64,000 nucleotides of DNA from assembly GCA_000004985.1 (NCBI GenBank), contig GG738921.1. One strand, 5' to 3'. The first letter of the stretch is position 1; each line of letters opens with the position of its first letter. The stretch comes from Naegleria gruberi. Its lineage: Eukaryota. The translations under genes and the position numbers were made by a program. The notes below the pieces were generated by a model. It was not told the origin of the DNA. It saw only the letters and a list, made by a program, of their open reading frames with translations, and did not search any database. Shown in pieces: positions 12,273 through 22,703 of the stretch.

Positions 12273-13367
12273 TTAATTTAAGGTTGTGTATTGTTTCTTA
12301 CGATAAAACATGTAAAGTAATCCAATAATTGAGACAGAGAAACAAATAATCACGAAAAGACCACCTATGGTTGCTCCAACGATAATTCCAATATCTGAAC
12401 TGTCATCCTTTTTTGGATTAAATGGAGAAGGTGATTGACCATTGACAGTAAAATTTTGAGCATTTGAAACAGAGAATTCAGTACATGCAGAATTTCTGTT
12501 CAATTTTCCAAATAAGATATTCTTCAATTTTTGATCATTGCACAAATTGCACTTGTCATTAGAATTGACACATGACTTGACATTTGAATTAATAAGGGAA
12601 TAGTTTGAGAAAATTTCAAATTCACCAATAACTAGGGACTGAGAACCATTACACAAAGGTCCTTCAATAGTTTCAATCATCATTTCAAAATTTCCCAATT
12701 TAAATCTCGAAAGTGTTTTCGTCTCTGAAAATTTAACATAAAATTTGTGTTGCATGTCTTCAGTGACGAACCAATCCTTCTTTTCTACAAATTCATCACA
12801 GAAAGTAGTAGGATATCTTTCACTTTGTTCAAATTCTAATTCAATAAATGAATTCTTCAAGGTTAATTGAGTGCAATTGTTAGTCAATTGAGTTTGATAA
12901 GCATTTTGAGATGTTCCCGCTGTTCTGAAGAATTTTTGCCACTTTGAGCAAGCCATGGCTCTGTTGGACTCATCTGTGGAGGAAAACTTGCCAAAATATT
13001 CATAACATGGAGTAAGTGATGCACTGCCCAATCTAATACTTTCGTCGAAAATAGTATAGCTAACTGAGAACTCAATCACAAGATCTCTTGTATTTCCTTC
13101 ATAATTAAAATCAACAACTTGTACATGTGCATACTGTTCACTGAAAAACATGTGCATTTGATTGAAATTGCTAGGATTGGTCGAGTATTTAAAACCGTTC
13201 ATGGTTGTTGTGAAATTCTTTCCAATTAAAAAATCTCTTGTGATGCTGGTTGGACATTCATCACACAAGATGACATTCAATAGACAACAACAGGATATGA
13301 CCAATAGGATGGACAACAACAGGAAGTGGAGATTGACAGTTCGCATTATTGAATTATTTTTTAACAA
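12273..13367 (-). CDS. Type I membrane glycoprotein: signal peptide, Cys-rich and N-glycosylation-rich ectodomain, one C-terminal TM helix and short basic tail
   Basis: N-terminal hydrophobic MRTVNLHFLLLSILLVISCC; many NxS/T sites; C-terminal IGIIVGATIGGLFVIICFSVSIIGLLYMFYRKKQ. Confidence 0.5.
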   Translation of the reverse strand: MLKNNSIMRTVNLHFLLLSILLVISCCCLLNVILCDECPTSITRDFLIGKNFTTTMNGFKYSTNPSNFNQMHMFFSEQYAHVQVVDFNYEGNTRDLVIEFSVSYTIFDESIRLGSASLTPCYEYFGKFSSTDESNRAMACSKWQKFFRTAGTSQNAYQTQLTNNCTQLTLKNSFIELEFEQSERYPTTFCDEFVEKKDWFVTEDMQHKFYVKFSETKTLSRFKLGNFEMMIETIEGPLCNGSQSLVIGEFEIFSNYSLINSNVKSCVNSNDKCNLCNDQKLKNILFGKLNRNSACTEFSVSNAQNFTVNGQSPSPFNPKKDDSSDIGIIVGATIGGLFVIICFSVSIIGLLYMFYRKKQYTTLN

Positions 13368-13693
13368 TTTGAAATAATTTGAGATTCGATTAGAATTAAA
13401 CTATTTAAGATAATTATCTTGGTGGATGTTATATGGAGTTTTGCGCATGTGGAATTATATTGGAATCTATTTGGCATTCAAGAAAAGTGTGTAACGGAGT
13501 TAAATTACAGTGACCATACTTATTGAGTATGAGATACAATGTTCCCATAGCTGAGGATTCGTGTATTAATATATCCATTACTGTTCGTTCTTATTCTCTC
13601 ACTTCTTTTATTAATAAACTACTAGAAATGTACATTTCTATTATTGAACCGATGTGAATGAATAAACAAAGAAATATTTCATAGTGAATGTAT

Positions 13694-13765
13694 TCCCGTG
13701 TAGTCCAATGGCTAGGATACCTGGCTTTCACCCAGGAGGTCCGGGTTCAATTCCCGGCATGGGAG
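13694..13765 (+). tRNA. tRNA-Glu (anticodon UUC)
   Basis: Cloverleaf folded by hand: acceptor TCCCGTG/CATGGGA, D arm GTCC..GGAT, anticodon stem CCTGG/CCAGG with loop CTTTCAC, T arm CCGGGTTCAATTCCCGG. Close to eukaryotic tRNA-Glu consensus. Confidence 0.85.
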
Positions 13766-13840
13766 GATAATTTTACATTTTCAAATGCGGAATAGTTTGG
13801 TTATCATCTCCGGATTTATTTCTGAAACACTGCAAAAAAA

Positions 13841-14326
13841 ATGGCAAACTCCTTTTCTTTCATCTTGTTTGCCATCTTGGTTTTGAATTGGGCCTTGTTA
13901 GCCAATTGTAATTTGACTTTTTCACAACAAACATTCAACACTCTCCTCAACTCAACCCAAACTTCAACTCTATCACTGACAATGTACATGGGAGGTGGAA
14001 CAACCATCAAAAACAGTAACAACAGCACATGTGGAATGTCTGTGGATAATCCATGTACAAACTTTAATCAATTATTATTAACTTTTAATTGGACACTCTT
14101 TAGTCAATTTGAGAATTTCACAAAAGCAACATCGGCAGGTGAAAGAAACGTTCACTTGAAGATACTGATACTTCCAGATGGCAGTATTTTCTGTCCTATC
14201 AATCCAGTTAATTTATCTCCTTCAATGAATTATCATTTAGAATTTACGAAACTAGTCGAATCATCAACAATAACACCCATCTTGACCTGCCTCAACACAC
14301 AAGATGGAAATGGCATTTCCATTCCT
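13841..14326 (+). CDS. 5' part of a putative receptor-like kinase gene: signal peptide plus N-glycosylated Cys-containing extracellular domain, running into the assembly gap
   Basis: MANSFSFILFAILVLNWALLANC signal-like N-terminus; ORF open until the N run at 14327. Confidence 0.45.
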
Positions 14327-15520
14327 NNNNNNNNNNNNNNNNNNNNNNNNNNNNNNNNNNNNNNNNNNNNNNNNNNNNNNNNNNNNNNNNNNNNNNNNNN
14401 NNNNNNNNNNNNNNNNNNNNNNNNNNNNNNNNNNNNNNNNNNNNNNNNNNNNNNNNNNNNNNNNNNNNNNNNNNNNNNNNNNNNNNNNNNNNNNNNNNNN
14501 NNNNNNNNNNNNNNNNNNNNNNNNNNNNNNNNNNNNNNNNNNNNNNNNNNNNNNNNNNNNNNNNNNNNNNNNNNNNNNNNNNNNNNNNNNNNNNNNNNNN
14601 NNNNNNNNNNNNNNNNNNNNNNNNNNNNNNNNNNNNNNNNNNNNNNNNNNNNNNNNNNNNNNNNNNNNNNNNNNNNNNNNNNNNNNNNNNNNNNNNNNNN
14701 NNNNNNNNNNNNNNNNNNNNNNNNNNNNNNNNNNNNNNNNNNNNNNNNNNNNNNNNNNNNNNNNNNNNNNNNNNNNNNNNNNNNNNNNNNNNNNNNNNNN
14801 NNNNNNNNNNNNNNNNNNNNNNNNNNNNNNNNNNNNNNNNNNNNNNNNNNNNNNNNNNNNNNNNNNNNNNNNNNNNNNNNNNNNNNNNNNNNNNNNNNNN
14901 NNNNNNNNNNNNNNNNNNNNNNNNNNNNNNNNNNNNNNNNNNNNNNNNNNNNNNNNNNNNNNNNNNNNNNNNNNNNNNNNNNNNNNNNNNNNNNNNNNNN
15001 NNNNNNNNNNNNNNNNNNNNNNNNNNNNNNNNNNNNNNNNNNNNNNNNNNNNNNNNNNNNNNNNNNNNNNNNNNNNNNNNNNNNNNNNNNNNNNNNNNNN
15101 NNNNNNNNNNNNNNNNNNNNNNNNNNNNNNNNNNNNNNNNNNNNNNNNNNNNNNNNNNNNNNNNNNNNNNNNNNNNNNNNNNNNNNNNNNNNNNNNNNNN
15201 NNNNNNNNNNNNNNNNNNNNNNNNNNNNNNNNNNNNNNNNNNNNNNNNNNNNNNNNNNNNNNNNNNNNNNNNNNNNNNNNNNNNNNNNNNNNNNNNNNNN
15301 NNNNNNNNNNNNNNNNNNNNNNNNNNNNNNNNNNNNNNNNNNNNNNNNNNNNNNNNNNNNNNNNNNNNNNNNNNNNNNNNNNNNNNNNNNNNNNNNNNNN
15401 NNNNNNNNNNNNNNNNNNNNNNNNNNNNNNNNNNNNNNNNNNNNNNNNNNNNNNNNNNNNNNNNNNNNNNNNNNNNNNNNNNNNNNNNNNNNNNNNNNNN
15501 NNNNNNNNNNNNNNNNNNNN
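14327..15520. other. Assembly gap (1194 N)
   Basis: Run of n characters; all track ORFs with long X stretches are artefacts of this gap. Confidence 1.
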
Positions 15521-15522
15521 TT

Positions 15523-16716
15523 GGAATAGCATTAGGTTTTGGAATATTCTTTGTGTGGAAAATTGTAAAGAAATTGAGAAAACTGAAAAGTAAGGAGAAG
15601 GCAGAGAAACAAATTGAAGAAAAACTTTTAGACAAGCGACTTATTTTCAATATGAATGACGAGGAGGATGAATATTATGAGGGCTCCACACCAAATATTG
15701 AAAGAAGCAAATCATCTTATGGGAAAGTATCTGAAAAGGAGTTAGTTTCTTCATTGATTGACAGTGAAAAGAAGAAATCAAAACATTCTTTCAGTTTTTC
15801 ATCCTCTTACATTATTCCAATTGAAGACATATCAATTATTAAAAAGATTGGAGAAGGAGGCGCAGCTAATGTATATTATGGTACATGGACCAATATTAAA
15901 GTGGCTATCAAGTCACTCAAGATTGACAGTTTTGATGATGATTTTGAGAATGAAGCAGCCATCCTCAGTTTAATTAGACATCCAAACATTCTGACATTCT
16001 ATGGAGTATGTTTGACTGATAAGAGTCGATATATTGTGACTGAATATATGGAAAATGGCTCTCTAGACAGGTATATATTTTTGAATAAGAACAGAGCATT
16101 GAATATTGACCTATTCAAATCAAATATTGGAATTTTGTGTGGAATTGTGGATGGTATGCAATATTTACACTCTCTTAAACCTTCAATTATTCACAGAGAT
16201 TTGAAATCGAGTAATATATTGTTGGACGAAAGAAATACTCCAAAAGTTTCTGATTTTGGTCTTGTTAAAGTATTGGGAAACAATACAATCAGTCAAATTA
16301 CAAAAGGAATTGGTACAGTGTATTATTTAGCTCCAGAAACATTCATTGCTGAACATCAAATTGAAAATAAGGAAGAGGCAACCAAGTTGGACATTTACAG
16401 TTTTGCAATAATCATGTGGGAATTATTCTTTCGAATGAGTCCTTATCATCATGTGAAAAATCCATTCAAAGTGCCTCAAATGGTTGTCAATGGAGAAAGA
16501 CCTCAAATTCCCTTCAATATTGAAAATGATACGGAAATCAAAGAATGGCTTTCAATTCAAGCATTGGAAATTTCATCGTCTGACAATTCTTTCATTAATG
16601 GTATTAAGAAATACTTCTCACTCATTCTCCAATGTTGGAATCAAAATCCATTACAAAGACCTACATTCCTGACAATTAGAAGAGAATTGGATGAGATTTA
16701 CAATCTAATCGGTTGA
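15523..16716 (+). CDS. TM segment plus TKL-type Ser/Thr protein kinase domain; probable 3' part of the receptor-like kinase that begins at 13841
   Basis: Immediately after the gap the frame reads GIALGFGIFFVWKIVKKLRKLK (end of TM helix plus basic stop-transfer). Then IGEGGAANVYYG (glycine loop), VAIK, HRDLKSSNILLD, DFGLVK and YLAPE. Stop at 16714-16716. Confidence 0.75.
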   Translation, partial: GIALGFGIFFVWKIVKKLRKLKSKEKAEKQIEEKLLDKRLIFNMNDEEDEYYEGSTPNIERSKSSYGKVSEKELVSSLIDSEKKKSKHSFSFSSSYIIPIEDISIIKKIGEGGAANVYYGTWTNIKVAIKSLKIDSFDDDFENEAAILSLIRHPNILTFYGVCLTDKSRYIVTEYMENGSLDRYIFLNKNRALNIDLFKSNIGILCGIVDGMQYLHSLKPSIIHRDLKSSNILLDERNTPKVSDFGLVKVLGNNTISQITKGIGTVYYLAPETFIAEHQIENKEEATKLDIYSFAIIMWELFFRMSPYHHVKNPFKVPQMVVNGERPQIPFNIENDTEIKEWLSIQALEISSSDNSFINGIKKYFSLILQCWNQNPLQRPTFLTIRRELDEIYNLIG

Positions 16717-16876
16717 ATGCAATCTATCCTCAATCCTTTTTTATTTCATAGATTGTCCGAGTTCAAATTACAAAACTTTACAAAATCAAATGAAGTGTCG
16801 ATATGATTCATGCACAGATGAACTTGGAATTTGGGTAATTTTCAAAATAGCACAAAAAAAAACAAAAATAAAAAAA

Positions 16877-18074
16877 ATGTTCTCACTTCTCAAGAAGATA
16901 ACTGGTTCTGGTCAACAGCAACAACCAATCATTTCTAGAAAGATCAATAGTGAAGCAAGACTTTCGGAGAATGATATGAAGGATTTGGAAAAGTTAACCA
17001 ATGAATTAAATTCTAAAATTTCATCACCCAATTTGAGAGCCTTGTTGGCTATTTATTCAAAGAATATTGATGAGATCAATGGCTCGGAAGTTGTGTTGGA
17101 TCAATCGATTGCGGATTTGGAAAATAGATTCTTATCGGTTCATAAAGAACAAAAGTCTTTGATTTTTGCTCATCCTGAATTGTCCAACTCGAATGAAGAT
17201 GAAGAAATGGTCGACGGAGAAGATATGTATGAATATATTAAAAAGAAGAGTATGATCAAGAATGAATTAAAGAAATTGAATAGTGAATTTTCCAAATCCA
17301 AGATAACCTATTGTCACTATTTCTGTAAAGAAGAAACTGATTTTATTCAAAAGAATGGAAACAAAAAGGATGAATGCAAATCTTATATTTTACGACCAAG
17401 TGTTGCTTTTGATCCGTTTATTGTAACCGGTGAAGATTTTCATTTCAGATTGGCATCTTCGTTTCTTAATCATGCAAATGCTGGATTTACTTTGAATGAA
17501 GTGACATACGTTTGTAATCCATACAACTTGAAGAAATTCAATGAAAAGAAGAGAGAATTGGCTAAACGTCACAATTTTATGCTCGATTCAATGAAGCCAC
17601 TCATTCTATTCCATGGTAACAGATTGGAATCAAACTATGATAGTATTATGAAAACTAATTTTTCAATTTCAAAGGTTGGTTCAAACACTGGTAATTTAGG
17701 ATATTACGGAAAGGTAAGTTTACAATATATTGACAATAATTTAACACTCTAAAGGGAGTTTATTTCAGTTCCATTCCTTCGTATAGTGCTGCATATGCAG
17801 GTACTAATATACTTCTTGTTTGTTTGGTGTTTACAGGAAAGGCATATCCCCTCCAGCAAATTACAATGGGTTGTCCAAGACAGGAAGGTGAGTTTTCAAA
17901 TAATTTGAACAATAATTATTTAACAATTCCTTATTTGAAATAGGTTACGATTCACACACATCCCCTGATGGCTATTCAGAAGTTGTGATTTTTGATGAAG
18001 ATCAAATATTACCAGTATGTTATTATTATTTAGAACTCTATCTATATCTAATCGTTTCAATTTCATTACTTTGA
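16877..18074 (+). CDS. PARP-like ADP-ribosyltransferase (catalytic domain at C-terminus); exons 16877..17713, 17755..17887, 17944..18074
   Basis: LILFHGNRLESNYDSIMKTNFS (HG motif), spliced GYYGK|GVYFSS.. (GKGIYFA-like), LLVCLVFTGKAY and YSEVVIFDEDQILPVCYY (NEYIVYD-like end). Introns 17714..17754 (41 nt, GTAAGT..AAAG) and 17888..17943 (56 nt, GTGAGT..AATAG). Only the stated splice sites keep the PARP motifs in frame. Confidence 0.6.
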
Positions 18075-18293
18075 TAGATTTACAAAATCAAATATTCTGT
18101 TTAAGTTGTAAAATATATAAGAAATGTAAATAAGAAGGAACAGAAAATAAACTAAACGCAACAAAGAAATTAATTTCGGAAGGAATAGGTTCAAATTATC
18201 ATGTTTCGCAAATTACATTGGAAGATTTGCCCCTTTATTAAACGATTGATTTTTTTAATACGTTTAGTTGTTGGATTCGTATTTGGTTGTAAA

Positions 18294-21200
18294 TCATTCC
18301 TCTTCTGCTTCTTCTCTATTGTATCCAAATGGATGACAAGTTTTTCTACTCATTAAGGCAAGACAACAATTTACAACATATTCAAAGTAAGGCTTTCCAT
18401 CTACATGGATTAGTTTGGGTTGATAGTAGGCTCTTTGTACTGCATTCCTTCCTGAACTTGCAAGTGAATGAAATGTATTTTTGAAAACAAAGAATGATTC
18501 TGTGTGGAAATCAGAATTTGCAAATATTGCTTTAACTTTGATTGATTCCAATTCGTTTTCTTTGTCATTGTAATCAAATGAACATAGATATAGGTATAAT
18601 GATGAGTTTTCTCTAAAATCCTTAACCTCTGTTAATTATCGCGTAGAGAAATACAGTGTTTGTAACTAATTTCATAAAACTACTTACTATTGGCAACACC
18701 CAAGTGATTGAAACAAGCTGAAAACTTGGCTCCAAATGCTGTGAACTTATCTGAATAACAACATCTATCAATATTATCAGGACTAACACGAAATGTCAAA
18801 GTATGGATGGATAATGGAAACTCTGTTGCCCATCTATGAACAATAGGAGGATAATTAGTTGAGGATGATTCCTTTCTTCCAACATGGAACATTTCAATAT
18901 TATTGAAAGGTTTGAATGGTTCTTCCTCAACTTTCTTCATCCCAACCACAAATTTAAACTTGAGAAAATCATCGTCATCTGTTGAGTAAGCGGCAATATG
19001 GGTCTTATCAAGAAATATTCCATAAGATGCTTTAGGCATAATGAATTTTCTACTGTGAACAAGATAGGATTGAGGTTCTAGATCAAAATTACAAATAAAA
19101 AAGTCGAGTCTTATTCTATCAAATACCTGTTGCTTATTCTCTACTGGAATTGTGGAATTTAGTGTTAAAAATACTGTAGAATTGCCCAAACATTCATCTT
19201 CATCATCTGTTTCCGATTAGACAATTAGAAAATTAATAAAACGTAACATACCTGGCAGAAGCTCCACAACCCACTCGTGTCCAAACTGTATGAAAGGTTC
19301 AGAATAATAGCTAGTATTAAAAGGGCCAGTTTTTGGTACCTTAACATCTGCAATATGAATGGTATAATCTTTTTTCTGTGGTGGAATATTTTCCTGCACA
19401 AATTGGAAAAGGTCTTCTCCTATAGGTTTCAATATTGGCTTAATTTTTGTTTCTGTGAACTCTGTATCTATTTTTGCTTTCTTTTCTGCAATAAGTTCTA
19501 AGGTTTTCTTAGAAGATTTGAAAAATTCATTGGACATAACTAGGTTGATAAAGTCCAAAATGCTATCATTTTGTGGGAAATGATCCACTACTGCAATAAC
19601 AGTATTAATAATAACATGTCCAGAAAAATTACAAATTTCTTGTTTCCCATCAATAAACTGATGTAAAACTCTACTGATCATCTTTTGTGTGCAATTTTGA
19701 ATATTATCATATATCAAACATTGTATGATACACTCAAAACAATTGAAAAAACTGGTGAACCTCCCTAAATCCATTAAAATATTAGCAACAACACAAAATT
19801 CAGTTTGAGATAATATTTTAGGTATTAACTTTTCCAGATCGTGAATATTATTTTCCTCAAATATAATTTTTCCTTCTTTCCATAGTACATCCAAAAGATC
19901 AAATATTCCATAAAAGTCCACACTAGTTTCATCTTGAAAAGCAGTCAGAAAAAGTTTACAAATTTCGGCTTTCGAAATGTCTAAAAAAACATAGCTGGAT
20001 AGTTGTTCAATAGCTAAACATGCATCTTTCATTTCTCTTAAATATATTCTTTCTCTTACATAGGAAAGACATTGATCAATATCATTATAATCAATTGTTG
20101 GGTAAATCCGTTTTGTGCTTAGTGGTTCTTCTTTCATTATAACGGTAACCCTGTTAACTTCTTGTTCAAAAAGAGAATAATCTGCGCTCAATACTCTAGA
20201 GTCAAAGCATTCCAACAGTAAAACTCTACAATTGGTGAATTGTCTGAAATATTGTGTCGATTCTTGTGTAAGGCCGTCATTGTACTCTATTTTTAGGATA
20301 TCCAACTCATCAGATAGGGGAATAATATCCTTAATAAATTCATCTTGAATCTTACACCTTGAAAACACTAATTCTTTTAAAATTTTTGTAGAGAGTAGCC
20401 AGTCTTTGAATCCAATTTCTGCTCCAGTAATCTCTCCGACAAAAGAAAGATTAGTAATGTTACTTGGAAAAGTGCACTCTTGTAAGTTAGTAACTTGCTC
20501 ACCAAAGCATACTTTCAATGTTGTCAAATTCTTGAATTCTCCAAGATATTTTAGATATTCAACATTCTCGTTGGTTACCCTTACATTAAGAACCTTTAGA
20601 GAACTCCTAGGTAAATGAGGAATAACTGAAGCTTCAATGGCCTCACCTAAAACTTCTTCCAGTTTGCAATTTACTATTGCTTGGATATTTTGATGAATAA
20701 TTTTATCTTCGAACTGTTCACCTTGCAGATCCAATATTTTTAAATCTTCACAGTCATGGAGAAATGAATGGTTCCTCCTCAATATCAATATAAGTATCAG
20801 TATGGTACAGCAGTTTTTCCAAATGTTGTCCTATTAAAGCCTTAACAACATTAAAACAAATTATTTCGTTAGTACCTCCATAAATTTTAAGAATTCTGAG
20901 TTGTAAACAACTTTTCAATTGTTCCAAAATATCTTCTTTTACAATTGTAAATTGAAAATTTCTAGGAAAGTCTAATGTTAATTTAGACAACTTAGAGAGA
21001 TTACAGAGACAACCTAGCAATGTATCTAACTCATATGAGGGATCATATTCATTAGTGAAAACAACATTCAATCTTTCTAATGTTCTTGAAAGGATGCTCA
21101 AATTCTTTTGGAGATTCAATATTGTTTCATCAGAAGTTGATTTCCATACCACCTTGAGCTTTTTCAAATGGGAGAATGAATTAGATGAAAATACTGAAAA

Positions 21201-22020
21201 GTATGAACCAGTTATATTTGATAGTGTGTCTCGAGCAAAGAGGGAAAATTTTTCAATCTTTTGTGAAACATTGGAAAGTACTAATGACATAATAGAATCA
21301 TCAAAATAACTAGGGTTGATAACCAAAACTGTTAAATTTGGACATTGTTGTGTGATATCCTCAATATTCTTGCGTGTTAGTGGATAGCTAGAACGAAACT
21401 CTGTCAAAGATTGAGGAAACCCAATCACGGTTTGATCCATTTCTTCTTCATGGAGGTTTAGTTCAGATAAAAGGCTTATCAACTCGAGAGTTTTTAAATT
21501 TTTAAACTCTTTCAACAAGTGAAAATATTCAGTTTTAAGATTAGTAAGTGTCAATACTGTCAAAGATTCCAACAATGGACTTGCATTCATTATCCACTCA
21601 ACAATGAAACTTCCAGAAATACAAGTTGCAGCTCTCAACCTCAACTCTTCCATTGACAATCGTCCAAGCTCACACAAACCCACATCTAAAAAAGCATATA
21701 TTAATCGACCATTCATAAATAATAATAATAAATTGATAACAATTACCTGTTAATGACGAGAACTCCAAAGAATTGAATGTAAACAAATCAATAACCTTCA
21801 ATCGTTTCATCTTGATCAGTAAATTATCCACAACTCCTCCGATCCTATGATTACTCAATCCGATGTGAATAAAGTATTGGGTCTTGTTATTCAGGAAATA
21901 ATACCAGATCCACTCGGCAAAAGTCTTTGAAATAAATCTCATCTGCAACAAGTGGTATTCATTGAAAAAACATAGCAAGTGTTCGGCACACAAATCACAA
22001 GGTAAATTCTGAATTTTCAT
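18294..22020 (-). CDS. Very large F-box-like / leucine-rich-repeat protein; exons 21747..22020, 19252..21685 (internal frame break near 20754-20788), 18689..19206, 18294..18629
   Basis: N-terminus NLPCDLCAEHLLCFF..FISKTFAEWI is F-box-like. Long LRR-like region with internal duplication (KTEYFHLLKEFKNLKTLEL versus NVEYLKYLGEFKNLTTLKV). Introns 21686..21746 (61 nt), 19207..19251 (45 nt, GTATGT..AACAG) and 18630..18688 (59 nt, GTAAGT..AACAG) verified by frame continuity. Track ORFs 20754..21716 and 19217..20788 overlap by 35 nt in different frames. Confidence 0.55.
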
Positions 22021-22380
22021 TTTTTTTTGATTTGATAGGAAATCTTTGTTAAACTGGAATGAAATTGTAATATCTAAATAATTTAAATATTAAATTATTT
22101 AATATTTAAATATTCAATTTTACATGATACAATTGAGGGGTCCGATCTATTCTTAAATTCATCCTCACAATATTCCTCGCACGAGCATAGAGCTCTTATT
22201 ATCGGGTTTCCAATTTCCTCTCACAACCCTTTCAATTCACCTCTCCATGGAATTTCAATTATTCAACCTTGATCATCACATGGCAACAACCTCTTAATGC
22301 GACAACGAGAAAAAACACGAATAATTTTATTACTCCATCCTCTTCAAAGAAAGGGCGGGTTTTTTTCTTAACGTAAAAAA

Positions 22381-22560
22381 ATACCTCGCAGCGTGCTAAG
22401 CGTTGGAATGTTTCGCACTAAGCAGAGTGCGCAAAGAGAGCACCATCAGCAGATTCCTTAGAGAAGAAGAAGGATGATACTGCTGATGGAAGGCTTTGCT
22501 CTCTATTCTTCTTCTAAAAGGTGGTGAAGGAGGACAATGTGTTGTGAGGATTATTTGTTT
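22381..22560. ncRNA. Candidate structured RNA or regulatory element: local GC-rich island with a long imperfect hairpin and possible pseudoknot
   Basis: A 17-bp stem: GAGAGCACCATCAGCAG (22436-22452) pairs with CTGCTGATGG...TGCTCTC (22480-22489 and 22497-22503), with a 7-nt bulge. Apical-loop AGAAGAAGAA can pair with TTCTTCTTCT at 22506-22516. A second small hairpin CGCACTAAGCAGAGTGCG at 22412-22429. GGATGATA and CTGA box-like motifs. Confidence 0.25.
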
Positions 22561-22703
22561 TTGAATGAATAGTTGAAATTGTACGTCGCTGATTCTCCAA
22601 AACACAATCAGAAAAAACAACAATACAAGAAACTATTAGGTTTCAATATATATTCCGAGTTTTATTGAATATTTGAATCATTAATTGATAATTACTTTGA
22701 AAA

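Noticed and set aside
14264-15650. Long track ORFs consisting mostly of X
   Set aside because: Artefacts of translating the 1194-N assembly gap.
22396-22623. Minus-strand 75-aa ORF over the GC-rich island
   Set aside because: Overlaps the structured element; no start context or protein-like composition. The RNA or regulatory interpretation is preferred.
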